A DNA stretch of 64,000 nucleotides from Octopus vulgaris (lineage: Eukaryota), in the NCBI GenBank assembly GCA_951406725.2, contig OX597820.1:101308001-101372000 (forward strand), given 5' to 3'. Below, one piece after another: positions 24,191 to 38,092 of this stretch. The translations under genes and the position numbers were made by a program. How positions within the stretch are numbered: position 1 is the first letter of the stretch; each line of letters begins with the position of its first letter. Below the pieces are notes generated by a model. The model worked only from the letters and a program-made list of their open reading frames with translations, was not told where the DNA came from and did not search any database.

Positions 24191-24344
24191 TGATAGTTTG
24201 AGTCTTGACAGTGTCTCCTCCTGAGAACGATTAATTTCCAACCAATGAGCTGTTGAGTAACATCTGTGTTGTTGCTTAACCAGATAGAAATAACAGTCAA
24301 ATTATACACATTGTACACTGGTACAAAAAATAAATAAGTAAAGG

Positions 24345-24846
24345 CAATGACTGCAAAGACCCGGGCTGCTTCCTGCACCAGTTCTGCATAGCCCCAGCCC
24401 ATTCAAAGTACCTTGGATTTCAGAACAACCCACTGTGCTATTTGAGTCAAGTACATAAACATCGAAATAAATATCAATGGAAATAGTAGTTGTGATACTT
24501 GTGCCGGTGGCATGTAAAATGCCATTGCGGTATTTCAGTTTGCCGCTATGTTCTGTGTTCACCATTCGAACGAGGCCGATGCCAGCACCGCCTTGACTGG
24601 CCTCCGTGCCGGTGGCACATAAAAAGCACCAACTGATCGTGGCCGCTGCCAGACTCCCCTGGCACCTGTGCCAGTGGCATGTAAAAGGCACCCACTACAC
24701 TCATGGAGTGGTTGGCATTAGGAAAGGCATCTAGCTGTAGAAACACTACCAGATCAGACTGGAGCCTGGTGCAGCCTCCTGGCTTCCCAAACCCCGGTCG
24801 AACCGTCCAACCCGTGCTAGCATTAAACGATGATGATGATGATGAT
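24345..24846 (+). mobile_element. Family-B element (longer 5' part)
   Basis: Same tandem units and (GAT)n tail as 12860-13301. Confidence 0.85.
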
Positions 24847-27431
24847 ATATTGAATAATGTTGTAGATATTATTGGAAAAAGAGACAGATTGATTGCAGCT
24901 ATCCTAGCTGCAATCTTTGAGTATAGGTTTGCTTGTTCAGGTTAGACAGGGGCCTAAATAGGAACAACAATAATACCATCACAACCATCATTAACATGAA
25001 TGTCAATAAGAGTAGCCAATGAGGGAGTCTCTGTGCAGTCAATTAATCTGCTAGTTATAGCAACTGAATTTCCTTCAAGTCACATCTTACAATTTAAAAA
25101 AAAAAAAATAAAGGAAATGACACATTTGTTAATATATGTATTCACACCCAAGGGATTTGAAATTTACAGAAAGCATCACTTATCTCATATATATATTTTT
25201 ATAAAATTAATGTGGGCAGCTGGGCACAATATAAACCGTATAAGCAAAATTTAGTCATGACCAATTGTGACTGTATGTGCGACAAGTACATATATTGCTA
25301 GATATATATTTCTAGTGATATATGTGCTTGTAGTACATACAGCCACAATTAGTAACAACTGTATGTATATATATATATGTTGTGGCTTGCTGCTCGCAGT
25401 CCCAAATATTTTATGAGGTTAGAGGTTAGTGCTTTTGTGTGGCTGTTCAAGTTGAATTTTAGCTCTCATTTCTAGCAGTTCCAGGTGCTATCTTGCACCC
25501 TCATTTATATATATATATATACACACACGCACGTTGAGTGGAACTTTACTGTGTGTGTGTGTGGTGTGTGTATACTTGTATGCATGTATGTATATTTTTT
25601 TCACATGCGTGTGTGTGTGTGTGTATATAAATTTATAGAATACACAAGGGCTCTCCTGGTGGATTAATTGTCAATCATCGGGTATATTATCCCAGTGATG
25701 TAGACTTACAACATATTATCTCTGTGTAAAAGATGGTTGGGTGATTGTTAAAGGTTGCACTATTGTGTACGTTAAGTACCCAGATCACATATTTCTCCAA
25801 TTATAAATTGTTACTTTGTTCTGTTATAATGTCACAATTGTCAGCACCTTTAATGATATAACTTATACATTTCAACACATGTTAGTGGGACTTGAAATTT
25901 ACCGAAAGCATCACTTATTATTAAAATTATTTCAGTGTTTCTTCATTCTGATTAGCAACATGACTGTTATATTAGAAAATCAATCTATTGATTAACCTTA
26001 TCCAAGATGTTTGTAAGTCCATTGTTTCTGGTTTTGGATGATTTAGGGCTTTGGTGAGAATTAAATTATAGCACTTGAGATGCAAAGGAGAATAAGATTC
26101 AACAGACATCCTAATATGCCTCTATTCACCGCGATTATTCTTCCGCTTTCTTTGCCATTATTATCACCATTTTCATCATCATTAATTAGAAATTAATGAC
26201 TGATCTCTTAACCTATAGAACATGCCTCCTAACTACCACTTGAACATTATCTGAAGAAGTTTTCAAATACGTTCCTGTGTAAATCCACTTCTGTAAACTC
26301 CGTATGAAGCTACTTCATTGGTTTCTTTCAAATTGTTAACACTTCTATCCTTAATCAGTATAATATTGTAACAATATTTTCCACGCCAATGAACTGTTAT
26401 TTGTTACATCCTACATCACACCTACAAATTGGAACCTTATCTACATAGAAATACAGTAACATGAGTGATTGGGAATCATATGTGGCCGGAAATGGTAATG
26501 CTTAGTGCAACTGCCAAGCACTAATGCTAACACGATTATAGCACTAAGCAAGCATGCATGCATACACATACTCATACATGCGCACACAGTAAAGTCCCAC
26601 TCAATTTGACCTTCACATTAAATGATGATGATGATGATATCTCTCTCTCAGACACACACACACACACAGAACTCAGTTATCTGATTAAGTTGCAAACAAG
26701 TTGCCGCAGTTTGGCCATAAAAACATGAAAATTGATGCATAAGGAAGAATTGACATAAGAAGAGTCAGTATATCTGTATAATGTTGATAAACTGCAACAA
26801 ACTGTCTACTTAAGACCTTTCTGTTGACTATCAAAATCACAGGTACTTGTGTGGAAAAAAAAAAGTTTTAGTCCCAAAGAAGTGTAGTCAGTATCACCAA
26901 CACAGCTCTTGCAACAGTTATCCATTGAGCTAGCTGATACATTTCCTGATCCACATTAAGTGGCTGAATACATAAGATAGTTATTCTAAATTCACTGGCA
27001 TCTCTAATGCCTAATTTTAAAAGTAGGCACACTCATCATGGTATTTCATAATGTGAATTATTCATATCTGTAATGGAGCAAGAATCTCACCCCCCCCCCC
27101 TTGTTACTGAAACTATAACTTTCCAGATGTTGCCAAAAATGGTGTATTCATCTCAAGAATCCTATCACTCTTATTAATATGCCATTTTAAATCCCAAAGT
27201 CAGATGTTGAAGGTGGCTAGTCTGCAGTTGGCGAAATTCACTGCTTCTCTCAGAGACAACTTTATATTGGATGCACATGTTGTAGGAAGTCAGAACGCTG
27301 CTCAGTGTGGACAACCTTGAACATTGTTTATTATGAATCCCTTCATGGAGAATTGATTGTCTGTATTTCTGTAAGTTTATATTGAACTGTGTACCTCTTT
27401 TAGCAGAAAATACAATTGTTGCATTTCAAAT

Positions 27432-27597
27432 AAATAATCCTTTCTACTATAGGCTCAAGGCCTGAAATTTTGGTGGAAGCTGCGATGGGGAGTGCTAATT
27501 GAGTATGTCAACCCCAGTGCTAATTTTTATTGGCTCAAAAAGCATAAAAGACAAAGTTGACTTCTGCGGAATTAGGACCCAGAATATAAAGCTGGAA
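27432..27597 (-). mobile_element. Family-C SINE variant (3' part; head extends to ~27657)
   Basis: aataatcctttctactatagg tail and aaagttgacttctgcggaatt. Confidence 0.6.
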
Positions 27598-28370
27598 GAA
27601 ATGCAGCAAAATAATTTTGCCTGGGATGTTAATGATTCTGCCAGTTTGCCACCTTCAAATAATAATACATTAGGCAGAATTATGTTCAAAAAATTTGCCA
27701 CCAACTAAATTATTTGTTTTCAGAACAATGCCAGTTATCTTGCTTGTGGTTGTGTGTGTGTGTAGAAAATTATTATTTATGTTGATTTTTCTCTTATTGA
27801 TCTTCCTATTCTGAAATTATTGTAATAACACAAGGATAAAGACATATAACGATTTGGCATGCTGTGGGACATGCAATATATCTCTTAATATACTATGATT
27901 TACTATCCTAGAAATATCTTGATATCAAATTAGCTTTCATAAATGAATATTTATTTTGCTATAATGATGCACGTATATGCATACAAATGAATCTCGCAAT
28001 ACGTGCATTTTGCCAAAATGATGCTCATTCACAAACATTAATATACATATTTAGTATATACATAATACTTGGAGAAGAAGGGGAAGCAAAGACAAAATGC
28101 TTTCCTTTTTCCTTGTTCTCGTAGTATGATCTTTGATAATTTTTTCAAATATTTTTGATGGACTGCCATATAGCAAAATGAGCTGGCAGCCTGTAAAATA
28201 TTGTTCTTAATAAATATGATATAGCCTCATTTCCATTATATAGTGCTCTATTTTGCATTGTAGATTCCCCTAATCACATGACTGGATATTATGATATGCA
28301 GTTTGTATGTCTATATGTATGGGTTTGTATATGAATGGAATGGAAAGGATGAATGTAAAATAAAAGCTAT

Positions 28371-28586
28371 CTTACTCTTTACTCTTTTACTTGTTTCAGT
28401 CATTTGACTGTGGCCATGCTGGAGCACCGCCTTTAGTCGAGCAAATCGACCCCAGGACTTATTCTTTGTAAGCCCAGTACTTATTCTATCGGTCTCTTTT
28501 GCCGAACCGCTAAGTGACAGGGACGTAAATACACCAGCATCGGTTGTCAAGCAATGCTAGGGGGACAAACACAGACACAAACATAT

Positions 28587-28631
<45 letters not shown>

Positions 28632-28799
28632 TACGACAGGCTTCTTTCAGTTTCCGTCTACCAAATCCACTCACAAGGCATTGGTTGGCCCGGGGCTATA
28701 GCAGAAGACACTTGCCCAAGGTGCCACGCAGTGGGACTGAACCTGGAACCATGTGATTGGTAAGCAAGCTACTTACCACACAGCCACTCCTGTGCCTGT
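28371..28799 (-). mobile_element. Family-A tRNA-derived SINE, young full-length copy
   Basis: Head gcacaggagtggctgtgtggtaag with B-box ggttcagtccc, internal (TA)/(CA) microsatellite, and tail gaaacaagtaaaagagtaaagagtaag. Confidence 0.9.
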
Positions 28800-28874
28800 C
28801 TTAGTTTTTTTTTTAACGGTTGGGTTTGTCTCTTTGTGGAGGGATAACCCTGGTGTTTGTCCTCTGCAGATAGT

Positions 28875-29300
28875 CATCATCATCATTGTTCGACCGTGGT
28901 CGAGACAATGGAATTTACCATGCTTCGCCAGACTTCACGGTCCATCATAGCATTACGGAGGTCCTGTTGCTGGATGCCTGTATCCTGGAGATTACATCAG
29001 GGTAGGAGAGTGTGTGCCCTCTGGTATCGCGAGTAGATGGCCTCCAGAGGAGAAGAGTAGAAATTGCCTCGTTTTTCAGCTCTACAACAATGTCCAGCAA
29101 ACTGGACTCTCATGCCTTTCACGAGAGATGATACAGGTGGTAGTTTCCCATATATTTGTATTTTGGTTGGATGACGCTTTCACGAGAGATTTTGAGCTCT
29201 CATAAGGAGGCAAGTGTAGGTTCCATCCAACCGCCTCTTAAGCTTCTTTGATAACGTCCAGGTTTCTGAGCCATATAGTAGAATTGGTTCGACTACTGCA
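28875..29300 (-). pseudogene. RTE-clade LINE 3' fragment with (TGA)n tail
   Basis: Minus strand YGSETWTLSK..RLDGTYTCLL.RAQNLS.KRHPTKIQIYGKLPPVSSLVKGMRVQFAGHCCRA...LSYPDV...AMMDREVWRSMV. Confidence 0.85.
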
Positions 29301-30893
29301 AATAGTAGTCATTAACCCCATTGTTCAGAAGAAGGAATTAAATTCAAATCAGCAAAATGGTTGTCCTTAAACATTCTTTTTGTTATTCTATTGTCTTAGC
29401 CATTTTCCATTCCTATTATTATAGAGTTTTTAGATGTTTTTCCTTCAACTTTTCTTATTATATGGACAAATGTTTCTATATGTATGTGTGTGTGTGTGTG
29501 TGCACATGCATTTGCGTGCATGTGTGTGTGTGTATCACCTGAAGAACTATAAGACTCTGTAACATGTTACATATCAAGAATTGTTGAAATTGCTTTATTA
29601 TCTGCTTGTTTATTAAAATTTTTTGTTCCTTTTTATTGTATGTTTGTCATGCCTGTTGTAATGTTGGTGCATCATTTTGTTTTAAGTATTGGCCTTGATT
29701 GTTGTAAATGTCTGTTTGTTATTTCTCATTTTTTATAACTGTGTTCTGTTCATAATGAAATGTTCAATAGAAAAGAAATAAGATTTCAGATAAGGAAACA
29801 CTTTGTCTCCCATGTGAGTCACTTAGTAAGCAAAGTATAAAATCATTTAGATTCTAGAAAGTATTTTCTTAAGAATAAAATTACATATTTACATACACAC
29901 TTGCACATTCTCTCTCATCCCCTCTCCCCACAATGTCGTATGTCTTTGTAGTCTTATATATATAGCTATGGAACCCTAATTTCAAAGCACAGGCTTTATT
30001 AAGGTAAGAACATTGAAACCTTGTAGTGTTAGTGGAGGTAGCTGCAGATCTGTATCATTACTTATGAGCTGCATTGAGTTTTATTGGTATTCTGAGGCAT
30101 TGCTTTAATACTAGTATACTTGAACTTACATGTTTATGATAAATTTCTGCTAGAAATAGCAGCCAAATCTCCCTTATTGTCTTAGAAAAAAAGGAAGAGA
30201 TATAGCATGTCTGTAAAAAAGGGGTCGTAGTCATAACTGGAATGTCTTTGATATCAGGTCTCCTGGATCAGGGTTGACCTGGGTTAAAGACAGTCAGCAG
30301 CAACATTGTTTCCTAGTGTTTGATATGTCTTCCAGAACCACAGCCAATAATAAATGGCTAACATTTAAGTTTGTGAAGAAGCAGACATTAAGAACTCGGG
30401 TGTTGTCCCTTCATTGCCATGGATTGTTGATCTTGGAAGCTCTTCTCATATCTTGCTAACCATCCTTATTTAACAATATTTTCATAGATAAATATTTTCA
30501 ACACTGGTGTTTAGTTCCATTAGATTATGGGATGTTGGCTCGTATAATCTTTTATCTTGCTTGAAGTGTTCATAACTAGAAACACTTTCTGTACTTCAAA
30601 GAAAGAAGAAATAAAAGAATCTCTTTTCCTCTCTTTCTTTTTCATATATATAAATGTGAATAACTGATTAAATTGTTAGTTTATTGATGAGAAAGATCAA
30701 GATTTCAAGTTTCTGTTTTTTTATGTTTGTTTTGGAAATACACTGTGTTCTTGACTTAAAAGTTTCAATTTGTAACCATATGGTTTTATATGCCATTTCT
30801 ACTGTGTAGCACCCTGTGCCTTTTGCTATAGTCTTGTGCCAGCAGATACTTTTACAATGAAATTTGGTAAACAGAAACTGTATGGTAGCCTGT

Positions 30894-30931
<38 letters not shown>

Positions 30932-30999
30932 TTTGTGTTTGTTTTTTTTTGTTTGTTTGTTTGTTTGTTTGTTTGTTTGTATGTGTGTGTGTGTATGTA

Positions 31000-31042
<43 letters not shown>

Positions 31043-32289
31043 TGGATCCATTTCAGAAATGGTGATATGTTTAAGTCCCCTTTAAATAAAATGCCTAACA
31101 AGTTCTTTGTGCAAAGGTGTGGAATAATATATCTTTCTTGAAAAACTAGTAAGGGTTGGTGTTAAGAAGGGAATCTGACCCCATAATACTGCATCAAGAA
31201 GTTTCATCTAGCCATGCAATACGGATATAGCAAATGTATCTAACAATAATGATTACTTCTTTGGGTTGATAAATCAGTTGTAAAAGCTGTTCCATTAATT
31301 GAACCCACAAAACATGCTGAACTGGATCCACTTTGCTCTGACTGTTATATCTTAGCCTGGACAGCCAAGCATTATATAATGGCACATATAGACTGGTTCT
31401 AAATCAGTTTGGAGTATAATTCACTTCATGTGCTGAATCTATGGCTTGTCTCCAAATGTTTCATTGATTATCTTAACAACATGGATATACTAGAGCAGGC
31501 CTGACAACTGCTACGCACCAGCCAGAAGTGCAATAAGATCACTGGCTCCAGTGCATCTAGGGAACCTCCAGATTTACAGGTGTAACAAAGCTGCATTAAA
31601 ACACCCACCCCTCCCACACACATGCATTTGTGAACAACGCAAATGAGATCAGAAAATTTTGTCAATAACTTTCTGGTCTGAGTTATACTTTCCTTCTGGA
31701 TTACATACATACATACACATATATATATATGTATGTATTTATCATGAGAATTTACTTCTAGTAATCATCTGGAATTGATTCAACATTATCTCTTCTACAG
31801 TTCACCATCTCCTCACTGTACTGTACTTGTTTCTCCAGTATTTCCATAGATTTTTATCTGCAGTAAATCAATTGGGAATAGCTACACCGAAACCCTCTTT
31901 GCTTTTATTTATTTCATGCTCATCTCATACAACCAAACTCCGCCACCACCTCTACTGCTGCCGATGCAGCCACCACTACCACCACCACCTTGTTTTAATG
32001 TCTGTTTTTTTCATGTAGGCAAGGATTGGACATGTCTGCATTGCAGTATCTCTTCATATGTTTTAGTGTTATGTTATTTTACTTTTAAGATTCAATGCTT
32101 CAAGTTTGACCCAAACTTTTCTCCCCATCTCCCCAAGTTTTGTTTGGGCATCCCTCTCTTTCTCCATCACCAATTCACAAGTGAACTTATTTATATCTGC
32201 CATTGTGTTGGATCAACCTATTACTTGTCACTAAGGTGTACAAGCTCTCTTGTAATTTTACCATTTATTATTTATTCAAAAGACAAGAT

Positions 32290-32500
32290 AGCCACCTGGT
32301 AGAATCATCAATGAGTTGGACGAAATGCTTAGCAGCTTTTCTTTCAGCTCTTTATTCTGAGTTCAAATTTCACCGAGGTTGATTTTGCCCTTCATCCTTT
32401 CGGGGTTGATGAAATAAGTACCAATTGAACTGTGAGGGTGATATAATTGGCTAACACCCTCCCTTAAAATTGCTGGCCTTGTGACAAAATTTGAAGTCAT
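32290..32500 (+). mobile_element. Family-C SINE variant
   Basis: gaaatgcttagc, gagttcaaatt, ttcatcctttcgggg and aagtacc motifs. Confidence 0.7.
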
Positions 32501-33001
32501 TATTTATTCTAAAAATGTAGTGAATGTCAAGGTTAAAGTGTGTGTGGGTTGCTCAAGAGTCACTCTATCTGTGATGTGTTATAATGATTTTTTATCATGT
32601 TCCCATCATGACAGTTCTTTGCGCTGAAACCACCTCAGCCATGCTAGTGTGGAAAAATCCATATTGTTGTTGATTACATTATACCATTGAATCATCTGGT
32701 AGTCTGTACTTATGGGCATCCTGCCAGTTTCAGGATCTTTTGAACAAGGATATATTTAATCTGTTAGCATTTAAACTGACCATATGTGGCCCAAATTCTA
32801 CCTGTTTTATGATCAGATTGGCCAGAACTGACCTCTCACATCTATCCTACAATGTCATTATAAAGATAAGCAATCACATCGTTGAAATCTCAGAGCTTCA
32901 AGATAATACATGATTATTTCAAAACTATGAATAAGCAGTAAATTTAACAGAGTAATCTGAATGCTAAAAGGGTATGTGATATTCCGTTTCCTACTCTAGA
33001 C

Positions 33002-33576
33002 CAGTGCTCCACAACCGTTGTGTCACAGCACACTGGTGTGCTGTGAGAGGATACTAGGTGTGCCACAGTGTAACCTGAATATAATTTTTTTTCCCTATAC
33101 TTTTAATTATATTTTTTGTTCATTTGTGCTGTCGAATTTTGAAAAGAATATAACTCTTACTCTTTTACTTGTTTCAGTCAGTTGACTGCGGCAATGCTGG
33201 AGCACTGCCTTTAGTCGAGCAACTCGACCCCTTAAGCCCAGTGCTTATTCTATCGGTCTCTTTTGCCGAATTGCTAAGTGATGCGGACATAAACACACCA
33301 GCAATGGTTGTCAAGCAATGCTAGGGGGACAAACACAGACACACAAACATACACACACACATATATATATACATATATACGATGGGCTTCTTTCAGCTTC
33401 CATCTACCAAATCCACTCACAAGGCTTTGGTCGTCCCGAGGCTATAGTAGAAGACACTTGCCCAAGGTGTCACGCAGTGGGACTGAACCCAGAACCATGT
33501 GGTTGGTAAGCAAGCTACTTACCACATAGCCACTCCTGCAAGTGTACTGCAAGTGAAAAAAGGTTGTGGAGCATTG
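33002..33576. mobile_element. hAT (Charlie-like) MITE with nested family-A SINE (33152-33539, minus)
   Basis: TIRs cagtgctccacaacc / ggttgtggagcattg. Perfect 8-bp TSD CTCTAGAC at 32994-33001 and 33577-33584. Confidence 0.88.
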
Positions 33577-34863
33577 CTCTAGACCCATGGTATTCTCAGC
33601 ACTGGACTTAGCACTGACAGATAACAAAACACTTGTTAATTAAAGAGTCTTTTATCATTTCTGTGGCGTTGTATGCAAGTGAAACATGGAAGTGAACAGA
33701 CAAGATTTGCAATATGGGGAATGATTTTCATTGTCAGTACCTTAGAAATATTCTGAAGCTCACCTGACATGACCACATCACAAACAATGAAACCATGAGA
33801 AGAGCTGGCCGACGTAAGCTGTAAGTCACCATAGCAGCCAGATGAAGGAAGTTGTTTGGCTAAGTTTTGTGCTTACTTTTGGAGAGATTGGCAAGGACAG
33901 CTGTTGAGTGGGAAGTTGAAGGAGAAAGGAGGTGGTGGGTGTCACCTGAAAAGGAGGGTGCCATATGGTTCAGAAGGTTACTTCATGCAGAACTCTCATT
34001 GCCTGATGCTCTTTGAGTGAATAGAGATAATATAAACTAGCATATTTATACAGTGCTCCCACTGATTACAGCAGTGTACTCCGCATAAACATGGTTTCTA
34101 TTTATAGCTATACTGTTTAGGTTATAGAAAATTAAGTCTCATGGTTATAAACACACTGCATGACCAGTGTGTTTATAACCAGTGAATTATCAATAATTGG
34201 TTGCTGGTCAGAAATTATATCAGCACTTCTAAGTAAGAATCTCTCTCAATTCCTTAAATCAATTAGATCAATCAGTTAGATGATATTTGCGTGATTTTAA
34301 AGTATCTATTGCTATAGTTTATTGAAATAAATATCAAGCATATAATGTTAAGACTCAGGATTTTGGTTATCATTTACTCTTGACTATGCTTTCCTCTAAA
34401 TTCTCCTTTATGCGTAGGCGTATGTAGATTGTTCAGTATAAATGATTGAATGTACTATAAAACTCCCATCAAACTATAGCTTCATTTTTATGATACACTG
34501 CCTAGATATAAACTGTGTTTGTGTGTGTGTGTGTGTTACTTTTTATGGATTCCTGAATGTAAATCTATATATGTATTAATATCGATTCATTATCGTTGTT
34601 GGTAATCATGTTGTTATCTATAGTTTTATGTTGATTTTTCTCTGCTCTGCTCTGTTGCTAGTGTTTGTGTCAGTAAGTGAATGTGTGTGAGTGTGCATAC
34701 TGAAACAATCAAATAGTTTTCTCTTGAATATGAATGTAGCTCATAAAACAAAAATATAATGAATATTATATCAATTCTTTCATAAAGAGGTTTATTTCTC
34801 AAGTGTTTACTAGTAGTATTTGAATAGTTGTAACAGTTATATTTATTTACTGATTATTCTTCT

Positions 34864-35023
<160 letters not shown>

Positions 35024-35506
35024 TTAGGTCATCCCATAAATAATGCGGTTTTTTCAATTACATGAACTGAAAGTCGGACGGGGACAGGATTAACTACCTG
35101 CATCAATTTGCTATAAAAGCAAGTAGTAATTTTACCTTGTCCTTATTCTTAGTGCAAGTTTGAAGAGTACAGTTCGATTTTAACAGTTATTTTTCAAAGC
35201 TATAATGGACGTGACAAAGGAGCATAATAGATATATTTTACTTTATGAGTTCAATAAAGGCAACAACACAACAGAAAGTGCGAGGAATATTAATGCAGTA
35301 TATGGGGATCAGATGATAAGCATAAGCCAGTGTCAACGGTGGTTCCAGAAATTCTGAGCTGGAAACTACAGCCTATAAGACAAGTTAGATGGAAGAGCAG
35401 TGTAGAAGATGAAGGAAAGTACATTTCAGATTAAAAAAGAACTTTGTTGATCTTCATTTTAAAAAATAATAGAAGTATAAAAAAACTGCATTATTTATTA
35501 GTTGGT

Positions 35507-35510
<4 letters not shown>
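35024..35510 (+). mobile_element. Internally deleted mariner element in (TA)n
   Basis: About 30-bp imperfect TIRs. ATG at 35205 gives MDVTKEHIRYILLYEFNKGNNTTESARNINAVYGDQMISISQCQRWFQKF* (mariner HTH), fused to C-terminal RWKSSVEDEGKYISD*. Confidence 0.9.
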
Positions 35511-35575
<65 letters not shown>

Positions 35576-35694
35576 GAATGTGGGTGTGTATTGTAGTTTT
35601 ACCTTTTATCATTTATTCAAAAGACAAAGAAAGCAATCTGGTCTGTGATATTTATTCTCAGCATCACTCAATGTTGTCAGTTAAACAAGATGAT

Positions 35695-35746
35695 CAAAGC
35701 CTTGTGAGTGAATTTGGTTGACGGAAACTGAAAGAAGCCCGTCGTG

Positions 35747-35779
<33 letters not shown>

Positions 35780-35995
35780 ATATATATTCACGTGTGTGTG
35801 TCTTTATTTGTCCCCCACCATTGCTTAACAACTGATGTTGGTGTGTTAATGTCCCCATAACTTAGTGGTTTGGCAAAAGAGACCAATAGAATAAGTACCA
35901 GACTTACAAAGAATAAGTTGATTTCTTCAACTAAAACCCTTCAGGACGGTGCTCCAGTATGGCCGCAGTCAAATGACTGAAGCATGTAAAAGAAT
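35695..35995 (+). mobile_element. Family-A SINE, 5'-truncated
   Basis: caaagccttgtgagtg...ggcaaaagagaccaatagaataagtacc...gcagtcaaatgactgaa. Confidence 0.8.
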
Positions 35996-37420
35996 ATGCT
36001 TTCACATGGCAATGACTATGGTTATGACCCTGTCAAGGAGTCCAGAGTAGGGTACCAGTAAACCCAGCAATCAGCTTGTCTTTACTTCTCCAAGTCCAAC
36101 AGGGTTAACTCCCCTTTCTCTGATGTTGCTTGAAACTTTCCTACTTTAGGCAGCTTATTATGTAACTTTTCTAAGATGTATTTCAATTGGTATGAAGCAT
36201 GTGCATGTAGGTCCCATTTAGCGTTGTATCAAGTCTTTTGTTTAGTATTCAGGTGGAAGAGCGGCTATAAAACAACATTGAGTGAACCCCTGTATGGCAT
36301 AAGTTTCTTTGAAGATCCTCTCAGTGTTTCAGTTTCCAGATTATGTTGAAACTTCTAAATGCTAACCAAGTTTGCTGATGTGTATTTTAACCTTCTTGGG
36401 ACACATGGGCCGATTGATCAGCCCAACCTGAAAGGACTTTGATAAAACAAATACTGTGCATGGTTGGTTTTGAAGTCTAATAGCCAATCAGAGATCATCT
36501 TTCAGTGTATTCTTTTTTGTTTTTCACAGAAACATTTATGCTTATTAGTTTATTTATTTGCTTTATGCCAAAAGTAAAACTTAATCATTTGATAAACTGA
36601 GATTGATGCAATAAGCAACACTCTACGTACCAGAGCCAAGACAATGAGAGAGAGTGAGAGAGAGAGAGAAAGAGAGAGAGAGATATGGGGTTCTGTAATA
36701 AAGTTACTGATTTAAACACCCTTAAAGATGAAGGTTTGCATATTATTTTCGCAGAGCTAAATTCAAACCCAGATGTAGTTCATGATGTTGAAGATCTATC
36801 CTTAATTATGATCCAAATATGCCAAATGTTTTCATAATATAAAATGTGTTTTCATGATATAATATGGTGATTGTTTTTTTTAAAACACTATGGTGATGTA
36901 AGTAATACGACTAGCAAAGCACTCTTATGTAATTGTATCTCATTTACAGTGTTTAGGTTTTTGAAATACTATGTAAATGTTATGATTGCCATAGTACTCT
37001 GATACAATTGTATCATTTACACATGCAGCTGTGGCTTATAGTTGCTGCTATGGCTCTCTGATTATGAAGTTTGTTTCTGAATCACGTGGTTTCATGTTCA
37101 GTTCTACTGCGTGGCATCTTAGGCAAGTGTCTTTTACTGTAGCTTTGGCTCAACTAAAGACTTGTGAGGAGATTTGGAAGTCTGGTGTGTTTGAGTTTGT
37201 ATCTCATTGCCTTGACATCTTGTAATATTTGTCAACAAGCTTCAGTCATATATATTCACTTTTAATCGTCTGTGAAACCATGTTCAGCCATGAGGTAGTA
37301 TATGGATTGGCTTACAGGAAGGGCATCCAGCCTTAGAAAATCTGCTTCAATGAATTTTGTCAGGCCCCTGAAAGCATGGAAAAGTGTGTGTTGAAAGGTG
37401 TTTTGATTTTTACATTTTAA

Positions 37421-37636
37421 CCCTTTCGATACCAACCTGCCTGAGACTGCCCCAAGTTCTATGACATAAACTTACTGTTTTAAAGTGGTTTAAATTATAA
37501 TCTTCCATCATAATTTCATGCTAATTAATGTTCCAGTTTGACAATGAGAAAGTTATTTTACTAAATTCTTCATTATTTTAAAAATTGATTGAAACAAAGG
37601 CAGCATATGTTAACAGAAGATATGTTAACGAAAGGG
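37421..37636. mobile_element. piggyBac-type MITE (family P1)
   Basis: TTAA|CCCTTTCG ... CGAAAGGG|TTAA termini. Confidence 0.85.
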
Positions 37637-37750
37637 TTAAACACTGTATATTTGATATGACTGCCAAAATACTTTTATGCAGTTGTATCATTTTAGCTTT
37701 TATGGGATTGGAATTTTGCAGCCATTATAAGCAAAGATATATTTCCTTTT

Positions 37751-38092
37751 GGCACGTAAATAGCACCATCCGATTGTGGCCGTAGCCAGCCTCGCCTGGC
37801 CCCCGTGCCGGTGGCACATAAAAAGCACCATCCAATCATGGCCATTGCCAGTCTCACCTAGCCCCCATGCTGGTGGCACGTAAAAAGCACCATCCGACTG
37901 TGGCCGTTTGCCAGCCCCATCTGGCAACTGTGCTGGTGACACATAAAAAGCACCCTCTACACTCATGGAGTGGTTGGCGTTAGGAAGGGCATCCAGCCGT
38001 GGGCCTGGTGCAGCCTTCTGGCTTCCCAGACCCCAGTTGAACCGTCCAACCCATGCTAGCATGGAAAGCGGACGCTAAATGATGATGATGAT
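37751..38092 (+). mobile_element. Family-B element, young
   Basis: Three tandem ~60-bp units plus the conserved 3' end and (GAT)n tail. Confidence 0.85.

Noticed and set aside
29535-29605. CTGAAGA...GAAA hammerhead-like remnant with internal palindrome tgtaacatgttaca
   Set aside because: No convincing stem I or stem III partner. It may be a decayed element but cannot be supported.
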